A stretch of 64,000 nt of DNA from Nitrospirota bacterium (GTDB taxonomy: Bacteria > Nitrospirota > Thermodesulfovibrionia > UBA6902), in the NCBI GenBank assembly GCA_016214845.1, contig JACRMS010000028.1, forward strand, positions 16,070 to 80,069, read 5' to 3'. Under the pieces are notes generated by a model. That model was given only the letters and a program-made list of their open reading frames with translations, did not search any database and had not been told where the DNA came from. Position 1 is the first letter of the stretch. The number at the start of each line of letters is the position of its first letter. Positions 37,637-47,300 of this stretch are shown here, in pieces. The position numbers and the translations under genes are program-made.

Positions 37637-38029
37637 ATGCAAATGAAAAAAGCTGATGTTTCAAAAACGGGCTCGGTAGATGCAGTTTACTCAGGCATAA
37701 AGAAAATACTCGAAGAAGCACGCAGCACGGCATATCGGGCTGTAAACATTGCCATGGTTCAGGCGTACTGGAATATCGGCCGGGTAGTTGTAGAGGAAGA
37801 GCAGAAGGGGAAAACAAAGGCAGACTACGGGGAATACCTTATCAAGGAACTCGCGAAACGCCTGACAGTTGAGTTCGGAAAAGGCTTCACTGAGACTAAT
37901 CTGCGTTATATGAGGCTTTTTTATCTTTTGTTTAAAATTGCTAACGCAGAGAGTTCATTATTTCCGCTGAAAGGAATTCATCACGCAGTGCGTGATGAAT
38001 TGCCCGTTGTCAGGCCGGATCTGTCCTGA
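37637..38029 (+). pseudogene. N-terminal fragment of a DUF1016 (YhcG-like PD-(D/E)xK nuclease-related) gene; the C-terminal domain is missing
   Basis: EEARSTAYRAVNIAMVQAYWNIGRVVVEEEQKG..ADYGEYLIKELAKRL...GFTETNLRYMRLFYLLF matches the DUF1016 N-region. The ORF stops after 130 aa and about 1 kb with no coding capacity follows. Confidence 0.5.
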
Positions 38030-39021
38030 CCCATTATCGGCTATTATTGAAGGTGGAGAACGAGAATGCCCGTAATTTTTATCTGAATGAAGCTATCGTA
38101 TTAATAATAATGGGGCTCTGCCCCAAACCCCGGTTCATTTTCTTGCGCGGCCAAGAAAACGGAACCAAAAGAAGGCCGCCCGGTGATTGTTTTTTCACGG
38201 TATGCTTCATACCTGCCCGCTAAATTAAAAAAACTCGCTTCGCTCAAACAGTTTTTAATTCTTAACGCGTTCAGCCATGAACCATCCCTAAAACAATCGA
38301 AGGGGGATAAAGAAAAAAACAACTGCTCTGAAAAGAATGAGACGATAGTTAAGTACAGCGTGCTTAATGAAAACAAACAGATGTTCGCCTCCGGTACAAA
38401 CTTTACCTGCCGACAGAAGAGGAACTGGCGAAAGAGTTACGGCATGAGATTGAGTTGATAAGGGGGGAGAAGAAATTAATGTGATTTTATTAACCGAGTT
38501 ATTCACTTGAGTTGTTAAACTGTTCAAGCGGTTGAAACTTTTTCAGGAATGTATTTGATGCTATTTTTTATGATTCTGAAAATCGTATACCTGACTCCCG
38601 CCTTGCTACCGGCAGTACAATTTCAAGGGCAGCCCCCTTGTCTTTCTTTAAAATTGTCCTCGTTATAAACCTCTACACTACAAAGGCATATGGACTAGGC
38701 TTACATATTGAGATATTGAATTCAATTTTTAAGCCTGGCCCTGTTCTTCCCCCGTTGTAACCTCCTATAACCTCGTAGCCTACTAATATCGGGTATGCTT
38801 TTGCGTAGTGATCTACCTATCTACCAATGTCGCATATGTTTCGTAACTTTTTCAGGGTTACTTCCGATATTTTGTTCTTCCGAACTTCCGCGCTTCTATG
38901 CTATTGTACTGTTGTCAGGTTGTATATCGAAGAGCTGTCGTATTTCACGAGGGACAAATTGGGATAACGGCGTCAGATAGGTGCTTAAGGTATGTTAATG
39001 ATATAAGGGGGGTGGTTATCA

Positions 39022-42000
39022 GTGGTCGACGAATATATTCTATCTTGGCTTCATATATCTGATATTCATTTTGGTCACGGTTTTGCATCCGATAAATGGG
39101 ATCAAAAACTTGTCCTGAATAAATTGCTCGAAGATGTAGCCAATGCAAAAACGCGACAAATTCCAAAACCAGACTTTATTTTCGTCACCGGAGATATTGC
39201 AAATACTGGTCACGAATATGATGAGGCAACGGAATGGCTCATCCAGTTAGCTAATTCTATAGCGCTAGATGAAAATCACATATTTGTAATTCCCGGTAAT
39301 CATGATATTCAGAGAAACGTGGCAGGCTATGATCGTAATTTGCAAAGGTTGCTACATAATTTACGGTCTGGTGAAGAAAAAATAGACGACACATTTGCTC
39401 ATGATGAAGATAAATTTTTGTTGACTCAACGTCTCAGCAATTATTTGTCTTTTGCTCGTTCGTTTGCTCCTTTTCGATACATTCATAACCACGATGATTT
39501 GTTCTGGCATTATAGAATTACGCATAAATCGAATCTAATGATTTCATTGCTCGGATTAAATACAGCTTTGCTTGCCGAAGATCAATATGATAAAGGCAAG
39601 TTGCAACTTGGGCTTAAGCAATTAGAGGGTTTTTTGTTAGCTGATAAATCGGCTATGAATGAATTAAAAGTTGTGCTCAGTCATCATCCTTTTGATTGGT
39701 TATCGGATTATGAGACTGCGAGTCGATGGGTAAGAAATAATGCTCATATCCATCTTTATGGGCATATACACGGGACAGAATTTGAGAGTTTACGAGCTGG
39801 GAGCGGTAGCGAGTATATAAAGATTATATCCGGAGCAACTCATTCCCATTCTGACGAACCAGTTAGCCATGGTTATAACATAGCAGCCTTAGTTCATAAT
39901 CAGAAGGACAGCGAATATGGAGTTAGAGTTTGGCCTAGGTTATGGGTTGATCCTGCTAAAGAGTTTCGCGTTGATGTCAACAATGTGCCAGATGGATTGC
40001 ATTACGCTCAGCATAATTTGAAAGTTAGTTTTAACTCTGGTAGCCTATCTGCTGACACCTCATCGGACGAAAGCCCAATCCCCGTTATAATTAAGGTAGC
40101 CTCGTTTGGAAGTACACGATTATGGTCAAATTGTGATTCACCTCCGATTACTCCCTCGTGGGTTGGAAGACACGCTGAATTAGAATTGTTAAGTGATCCC
40201 TCAATTAAAGTATTGGCGATTACAGGCATTGGTGGACAGGGTAAATCTGCCTTGGCTGCTCGTTACATTGAACACAACGTGAATACTGAACAATTTTGGG
40301 ATTGGCGTGACTGTCGTGAGCAAGGCGATACATTACAAACGCATCTTATCAGGATTATTGAAAGAATAAGCAAGGGTCGAATTGCTTGCTCTGCCTTTAT
40401 TGATGAAGGAATTGTAGCTGTTATAGAGTTCTTTTTTGAAATATTAGATGACAAGAAGGGGTTTTTTGTTTTTGATAATATTGACCACTACATTGATGTG
40501 TCAGCTAATAAACCGGTGGAAGGAATAAAACTTTTAATAGATAATGCACTAAGGAAGAGGCATAATTCACAATTTATCTTCACTTGTCGTCCCACTGTTG
40601 CATATGACAATCATCCGGCATTTGTCCAAATTTCTTTGTTTGGCCTTTCAGAGCCTGAAACCCTTGAGTTATTCAAGTTGAGCGGAGTAGATGTTAAAAA
40701 GGGAAATACTCAACAAGGCATTGTCGAAGCTCAAAATCTCACTCAAGGGCATCCGTTGTGGTTAAATCTGATTGCAAAACAAGTTGCTAAGAATCAAAGA
40801 AATCTTGATGACATTTTAACGGACATGAGGCAGGGCAAGGACTTGGATCTTCCATCCGTCATGTTAAATGCAATATGGAAAACTCTAAATGATAAACAGC
40901 GCAAAATTCTTAGATATATGGCGGAAGCTGTTAGACCGGAAACAGAGGAACGTTTAGAAGAGTATATCTGTAATGAATTGAATTGGAATCAATTTAGCAA
41001 AGCGCTTCGAGTTTTGAAAGCCCTAAATCTAATAGTTATCAAGACAGCGCCAAACACTAAAAAAACCTTGGAATTGCATCCTTTAATTCGAAGTTTCATC
41101 AGAACAGAGTTTCCGATTAAAGAGCGTGAAAAATTTATTAATAAGATAGCATCTTTTTTTGATTTGCTAATTTCAAAAATGAGGGGAAGTATAGACAAGG
41201 GAGCCTCCTTTTCAATCTTAGAGCACTGGATATTTCGTGCAGAGCTGGCATTAAATGCTAATAATTACAAGATCGCTTTAAATATCCTCAATGAGGTTAA
41301 AAATGCTTTGCGAGCAACAGGGCATCCTGAAGAATTTGTTCGAGTAGCTAACCTTCTTTTTAAAGAACTCCTTTTTGCTGATGCTATTTTGAATGAATAT
41401 GCTCATTTTGACGATGTATTCAGTTCCTTTATTGATGTGCTATCTCACCTTGGGCAATACGAGCGCGCAGACACATTTTTAAGAAGGTATGAGGATGCGA
41501 TTGAGGGTAAAAGTGCGAGGTACGTTAATTTGTGTAATCTTCGTTGCTACATGTATTGGTGTAAAGGGGCTTATGAACCGGCAGTTGAATGGGGCAACCG
41601 AGGAGTTGAACTCAAGAAAAAGGCCAATATTGATACGCGATTTGAGTGTGAGCATAATCTCGCCTTGGCACAAAGAGATTCTGGAGATATAGCGTCAGCA
41701 TTAATCTTTTTTTTGAAAGGCCATGCTTTAGAAGAGGTGCTTGATCGAGAAAAAGTCGATGAAGACAGAGGTGGTCATTTTTATGGGAATATTGGACGTT
41801 GCCTCTGGTTTCAAGATAATATTGACGGAGCCTTAATATGCTACCAAAAAGCGATAGACTTGTTGGAGAAAGACGATCATGAGCCCAATATAATTGTTAA
41901 TAGAGGATGGGGAAATTTTTGGATTGGAGAAGCGTTAGAGAAAAAAGAAGATTTTCATGCGGCATATTGCTTTTATAAAAAAGCATTTAATTTATGGAAA

Positions 42001-42129
42001 TCTATTTTTCCAATAAAAGCTGCGACGGCGAATAGTAAAATCATAACAATTGCCAAAGATAATCCTGACTTTAATAATATTAATGATTACCAACTTGAGG
42101 CAGTCTGTAGTAGATGGTCGTGCAAGTGA
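39022..42129 (+). CDS. Calcineurin-like metallophosphoesterase fused to a STAND NTPase (NB-ARC-type P-loop) and C-terminal TPR-like helical repeats; candidate Avs-like defence protein
   Basis: The phosphoesterase motifs are LHISDIHFG (DxH), FVTGDIANTG (GD), VIPGNHD (GNHD/E) and LSHHP/GHIHG. Walker A is ITGIGGQGKSALAARY, Walker B-like is FFVFDNIDH, and a TTR-like FIFTCRP and GLPL-like QGHPLWL follow. The C-terminal ~400 aa are alpha-helical and TPR-like. GC is about 38%. Confidence 0.7.
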   Translation: MVDEYILSWLHISDIHFGHGFASDKWDQKLVLNKLLEDVANAKTRQIPKPDFIFVTGDIANTGHEYDEATEWLIQLANSIALDENHIFVIPGNHDIQRNVAGYDRNLQRLLHNLRSGEEKIDDTFAHDEDKFLLTQRLSNYLSFARSFAPFRYIHNHDDLFWHYRITHKSNLMISLLGLNTALLAEDQYDKGKLQLGLKQLEGFLLADKSAMNELKVVLSHHPFDWLSDYETASRWVRNNAHIHLYGHIHGTEFESLRAGSGSEYIKIISGATHSHSDEPVSHGYNIAALVHNQKDSEYGVRVWPRLWVDPAKEFRVDVNNVPDGLHYAQHNLKVSFNSGSLSADTSSDESPIPVIIKVASFGSTRLWSNCDSPPITPSWVGRHAELELLSDPSIKVLAITGIGGQGKSALAARYIEHNVNTEQFWDWRDCREQGDTLQTHLIRIIERISKGRIACSAFIDEGIVAVIEFFFEILDDKKGFFVFDNIDHYIDVSANKPVEGIKLLIDNALRKRHNSQFIFTCRPTVAYDNHPAFVQISLFGLSEPETLELFKLSGVDVKKGNTQQGIVEAQNLTQGHPLWLNLIAKQVAKNQRNLDDILTDMRQGKDLDLPSVMLNAIWKTLNDKQRKILRYMAEAVRPETEERLEEYICNELNWNQFSKALRVLKALNLIVIKTAPNTKKTLELHPLIRSFIRTEFPIKEREKFINKIASFFDLLISKMRGSIDKGASFSILEHWIFRAELALNANNYKIALNILNEVKNALRATGHPEEFVRVANLLFKELLFADAILNEYAHFDDVFSSFIDVLSHLGQYERADTFLRRYEDAIEGKSARYVNLCNLRCYMYWCKGAYEPAVEWGNRGVELKKKANIDTRFECEHNLALAQRDSGDIASALIFFLKGHALEEVLDREKVDEDRGGHFYGNIGRCLWFQDNIDGALICYQKAIDLLEKDDHEPNIIVNRGWGNFWIGEALEKKEDFHAAYCFYKKAFNLWKSIFPIKAATANSKIITIAKDNPDFNNINDYQLEAVCSRWSCK

Positions 42130-42270
42130 AGACGAATTAGTAGTAAATTCTTGGTGCCATGAACACGCAGGACAAGCGGTGTCAAAGACTTGAACGGGGG
42201 TGGGGGTCACAAAACTTTTTACAGGTGACGGCATTTACCTCTAATCTCAGCAGAGCGCATCGTTCAACGC

Positions 42271-42468
42271 CTACTTCCTTTTCCCCAGAACATCAATCAT
42301 CAGGGGGATTGTACTGACTGCTCCAATAATCAGGAGCGTCCACCCTATCTTCTTTCTCTGATCATCTTTGAGCCTGTCTGCCAATAACAGACCTGCGCCT
42401 GCTCCTAGCATTGCGCGTGTGCCGGCTATGAGGGCGATTTCCGGTAAAGTCAAATCCGATTTCTTCAT
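42271..42468 (-). CDS. Small membrane protein (hypothetical)
   Basis: 65 aa with two predicted TM segments (GxGxG-rich). No recognisable family. Confidence 0.3.
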   Translation of the reverse strand: MKKSDLTLPEIALIAGTRAMLGAGAGLLLADRLKDDQRKKIGWTLLIIGAVSTIPLMIDVLGKRK

Positions 42469-42548
42469 AGGTCCTCCTTCGATAACTTAAAGTTTATCTT
42501 CTGACATTTCCTGTTTTAATGTGTTACTGACTTCCGTTTTTTCTGAGG

Positions 42549-42650
42549 GTATCCTCACCTCTACCGCATGTTCCTGCCGATCATCAACAAGCGGAATAGC
42601 ATTATCCGACTGCTCAACTCCATTGATGGTCACACTCGTTTCTCCGCTGC
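42549..42650. repeat. Degenerate direct-repeat copy (~82% identical) of the last ~100 bp (3' coding end) of the cgs-like gene at 44376-44477
   Basis: gtatcctcacctctaccgcatgttcctgccgatcatcaacaagcggaatagcattatccgactgctcaac... aligns to 44376-44477 with 18 mismatches in 102 nt. The copy carries stop codons in the corresponding frame. Confidence 0.65.
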
Positions 42651-42715
42651 TTTAAATAATCTTTCTTTGATCTGACGAAAGACTGTAGGATTCTGACGTA
42701 AATCTGACGAATAAA

Positions 42716-44233
42716 CTATTCCTTAAGAACATAGTGGGTTGCCCTCCCGGCCCCCTTCTGTCTGATAAGTTCTAACGCCATGAGTCTCTTGAAGTCTCTA
42801 TTTGCCGTATCTCTTGTAATCCCAAAGGTCTTTGTACATTCCTCGCTGTTTATCCTTGCGTGACCGAGGATGTACTTGAGGATGTCTCTTTGTCTCGTTG
42901 TTAACTGGTTTAGTTTATCGGCGGGGACTTCAAAAACAACATTCAGCTTGCCAGGGTTAACCTTAAGAATATCCTCTGGCCCATGGAATGTGACTGTGAA
43001 ATAACCTGCGTCATAATCAAACATCGGAGGCTTAAGGCCGTAGTTAACCATCATATCGTGCATCCTTTTGAATCCGCCGCCCCTTTCTTCCATGAGTTTC
43101 ACGTCAAACAGGGCTCTGGCTATTATTGGATTCCGGGATACAGGGCGGTACTTAAATGATTTCACCATTTCAAGAGTCAATGGTTGAGGGAGTAGACCAG
43201 GGCTTGCTATCACTATCCTGTTACTAAAAATCTGGATCATCACTGTTGCGCCTGATATTCCATAATCCCTGTGAGCGAGGGCATTTATAACGGCCTCCCG
43301 CAATGCCTCAATAGGATACTCAGAAATCTGCACACGTGAAAAACCCTCAATTCTTGCGGCGGTCTTCATGTTCTTGAGGAAGAATGCCTCAGCATCTTTG
43401 ACCATATTAAAAATAGTGCCTTCCATCTCTTTTTGATCTATTGTGTTTGCCGGTCCAATGCCCTGAAAGGCATCTGCCTTTATCTTACTTTGAGGTAGAT
43501 AGTATTCAGGATGCTTGCCGAATAGAAGCAATCCGGCAACGGTTGGAACTAACAGTTTCTTACTGGGCAAATAATGAAGCATGTTCCTCTTTCTGAGGTG
43601 TTCTGTAATTTCGGCTTTACTTTTTAGTTGGAAGCCAGCCGTCTTAAAAAAGAATTCAGCATCTTTCAAGTAAATGTCATCCAGCAATGCATTCATTATG
43701 GGTTTTTTATCAATATTGAGTGAAGTCTTATCAATATCTGAAATACTTTTTCCAACCGGAAGGTCGACTCCGTGCTCTTTCTTGAGATAATGAACCAGTC
43801 CTTTGCGAATCCAATCCTTCAGCTCTCTGTAATTCTCAAATCTCTTGTAACTATATCCTTTATGTCCCTTGAATTCTTTCAATAACTTTTTGAGATTATC
43901 ATCCCTTTCAGTGTCTGTTTTTCCTTTGAGGAAAACGAGAATATATTTCCCGTCGGCCATTGCCTTTCTATATTCTCTTTCCGTCGGTGAAAGGCCGTCT
44001 TCATCGAGTGTGCCATATTCATTTCCGAATAGGCCGATGTACACATCGCACTCTTTCAGTTTTTCAAGATATGCCGCTCTTGAGGGTACCGCCATAGGAG
44101 GAAACCCTTCCCACATCTCGACATCAAAATAACGGCTGAGAAACTCATTCTCCATAATCGCCTCTTCAACGGCAAGGCGTTCATTCATGAGTTCTTTTAG
44201 GACAGAGCTGATGAATATCTTGATTTTCTTCAT
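42716..44233 (-). CDS. DUF4062 N-terminal domain fused to AlbA_2 (Schlafen-like divergent AAA_4), HATPase_c_4 and C-terminal wHTH
   Basis: N-terminus MKKIKIFISSVLKELMNERLAVEEA...CDVYIGLFGNEYG (DUF4062 pattern). The middle has LLFGKHPEYYLP (AlbA_2). It continues EAVINALAHRDY...IASPGLLP...RNPIIA (HATPase_c_4). The C-terminus is a DNA-binding HTH. Confidence 0.7.
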   Translation of the reverse strand: MKKIKIFISSVLKELMNERLAVEEAIMENEFLSRYFDVEMWEGFPPMAVPSRAAYLEKLKECDVYIGLFGNEYGTLDEDGLSPTEREYRKAMADGKYILVFLKGKTDTERDDNLKKLLKEFKGHKGYSYKRFENYRELKDWIRKGLVHYLKKEHGVDLPVGKSISDIDKTSLNIDKKPIMNALLDDIYLKDAEFFFKTAGFQLKSKAEITEHLRKRNMLHYLPSKKLLVPTVAGLLLFGKHPEYYLPQSKIKADAFQGIGPANTIDQKEMEGTIFNMVKDAEAFFLKNMKTAARIEGFSRVQISEYPIEALREAVINALAHRDYGISGATVMIQIFSNRIVIASPGLLPQPLTLEMVKSFKYRPVSRNPIIARALFDVKLMEERGGGFKRMHDMMVNYGLKPPMFDYDAGYFTVTFHGPEDILKVNPGKLNVVFEVPADKLNQLTTRQRDILKYILGHARINSEECTKTFGITRDTANRDFKRLMALELIRQKGAGRATHYVLKE

Positions 44234-44358
44234 GTTATCGTTTGTAAAATGTAACAGATTTCAGCAGGAGTTTACAATTACAATAAATCTAAAACTCAGG
44301 GGGCTATGGTGTTGCGGTACCTGCGTAGTTCTGGGCCGTAGAGCAGCCGCATCAAAAG

Positions 44359-47300
44359 TTATCCTTCTGCAACATGTATCCTCACCTCAACCATATGTTC
44401 CTGTTGGTCATCAACAAGCGGAATAGAATTATCAGGCTGCTCAACGCCATCGACCGTCACACCCGATCCCACGCTGCCATTGTGGGTTTGCAACACGGTG
44501 ATATGGTAGAGAGTCTCCCTGTACCGGTAGTGCACTTTGAACGACTCCCATTCAGCAGGAATGCATGGCGCAAAACGCAGTTTGTCCACTTCAAGCTTCA
44601 ACCCTAAAAGTGATTCCATGATAAGCCGGTACAGCCAGCCGGCCGAACCCGTATACCACGTCCATCCACCGCGGCCTGTGTGCGGTGAGACGGCATATAC
44701 ATCGGCTGCGACAACGTACGGTTCTACTTTGTAAATCTCTACCTCTTCCCGTGATCTCGAATGCCCCACCGGGTTGATCATTGTCAGCAGTTCCCACGCC
44801 CGGCGGCTGTCGCCTGACTTTGCGAACGCCATTGCCGCCCAGATCGCGGCATGAGTGTACTGCCCGCCATTTTCCCTGACCCCGGGGACATACCCTTTTA
44901 TATAGCCCGGATTCAAATCCGATTTATCAAACGGCGGGTCCAGAAGCTGTATCAGTCTATGCTCACGCCGGACAAGGCGTTTATCCAACGCCTCCATTGC
45001 CATGGCTGAGCGTTTGGCATCACCGGCTCCTGAGAGAACAGACCAGCTTTGCGCGATGGAATCGATCTGGCACTCGGAATTACCCGCTGAACCAAGCGGC
45101 GAGCCGTCATCGAAGAAAGCGCGGAGGTACCACTCACCGTCCCAGCCGTTCTGTTCGATATTACTGCGCAGATGGGCCGCTTCCTTCAAGCAGAGTTCGG
45201 CAACGGGCAGGTCTTCACGCAGGCGTGCGATCTCAGTGAACTGCATGAGCACTTTATAAAGAAAGAACCCCAGCCAAATGCTTTCGCCTTTGCCGTGTTC
45301 GCCCACCATGTTCATGCCGTCGTTCCAGTCGCCCGATCCGATGAGCGGCAGGCCGCGTTCACCAAAATTAAGGCCCTTCATGATCGCCTGCACACAATGA
45401 TCGTACAAACTTGCAGTTTGTTCAGACCGGATGGGAAGATCATAATACGAGTCCTCATCGGCGTTAACCTGGCGGCCCTCGATGAAGTGGATGAGTTCAT
45501 CCAGTACCCCGGTGTCTCCTGTGCTCATAACGTAGCGGGATGCAGCCAGCGGCAGCCAGAGGAAATCGTCTGAACAGCGGGTGCGCACGCCCCTTCCAGA
45601 TGGAGGATGCCACCAATGCTGGACATCACCTTCCTTGAACTGATGGGCCGCGCAAAGGAGCAGATGCTGACGCAGGAGGCCCGGTTCCGCGTGGATGAGC
45701 GACATCATGTCCTGTAACTGGTCGCGGAAACCGAAGGCGCCCCCTGACTGATAGTATCCGCTGCGCGCCCAAATGCGGCATGCAAGAGTCTGGTATAAGA
45801 GCCATCCATTGGTCAGGATATTGACTGACTGGTCGGGCGTTTCCACCTGCACTGCGCCAAGTGTGTGGTTCCAGTACTGCCACACTGCGTCAAGAGCGCC
45901 GCGCGCGGCAGCAGGACCCCGGAAACGAAACACCAGGTTAGCGGCGTCATCGGTATCTCGTCCTAACCCGAGCCTGAAGATGATCTCGCGCTCTTGTCCT
46001 TCAGCCAGATCGAACGGGACTTGAATGGCCGCACAGGGATCAAGTGCAGCGCCTACCTTGCCGGAAAGCCTCATCCTGGTCATAGCCGCAGGATTCCTAA
46101 GAGTGCCGTTACGTCCAAGGAATTCGGTCCGGTCGCTGCTTACAGTTCGGGTAAAATCATCTACGTCGAAGAATGCAACCCTGCCGGGGAATTCCATATT
46201 GTAAGGGTTTCGGGCGAAGAGTGCGCCGCTATTAGAATTGATCTCTGTGATGACATGCATTGCTGTTTTGGGGCGCAGATCTCCCAGCACCCATTCCACA
46301 TATCCTGTAGCGGAAAGCCGCCGGGGCCGGCCTGACTCGTTTCGCACCTTGATCACCGTGAACTTGACCGATGCGTCAATGGCCGAGTAAACCCAAACCT
46401 CCGAGTGTATACCGCGCTCTGTGTGCTCAAATACACTGTAGCCGAATCCGTGCCGTGTGACATAGGGCGTTGTCCCGCGGCAGGGCAGCGGAGCTGGAGA
46501 CCAGTAATGTCCGCGCTCTTCGTCACGGAGATAGAAGGCTTCACCGCTCGTGTCGCCCACCGGATCATTGCACCATGGAGTAAGGCGGAACTCATGTGCA
46601 TTCTCACCCCATGTGTAGGAAAGTCCGCTCTCTGAGATGACCGTTCCGAAGTGCGGATTCGCAAGCATATTCACCCATGGCGCAGGTGTCACCTGACCGG
46701 GAGTTGTCGTGATGATGTACTCGCGCCCGTCAGGCGTGAATCCGCCCAGCCCGTTGAAGAACGACAGGTCTTTGCGGGGCATAGCTGCGGCAGCCGGAGG
46801 TTCGGAGCGGTGGGTCCGTGTCGGAGTTAGGAGAGGCATTGTTATTTCCGCGGGACCGCGGCGGTTGATCTGGTCCGTTAATGACCCGCGGCTGTCGGTG
46901 ATGATGGCGCGCGCAACTGTTTGAAACAGTATCCGGTCCTCGTTGGATATCTGGTCCGCGGGCCTGACAAAAATGCCTCCGGGCTTATCTGTCACATTGG
47001 CTTCGATGCCCGCGGCAATGAGGCCCATGATCTGGTCGTTCAGCAGCTGCCGGTAACCGGCGTGGTCTTCGTTCCAGATCACCAGATCAACTACAAGTCC
47101 TTTTAAACGCCAGTAGGCATGTGCCTGCACGAGTTGGCGCACCAGGTTGATATTGGCAATATTTTCGATCTGCAGCAGTACGATCGGCAGATCGCCTGAG
47201 ATGGCGTATCCCCAGAGGCCGGATTGTCCCCGATGGTTCTTGATGAGGATGCTCGCGTCGGCCCGCAGGGAGGAATTGGCATAGATTATCGATCCGGCAA

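Noticed and set aside
37370-39020. Integrase, transposase or tRNA that could anchor the defence-like island
   Set aside because: No ORF with integrase or transposase motifs and no cloverleaf-like tRNA sequence could be recognised by eye anywhere in 37.4-44.4 kb. Only the 3'-end direct repeat at 42549/44376 supports mobility, so no mobile_element feature was called.
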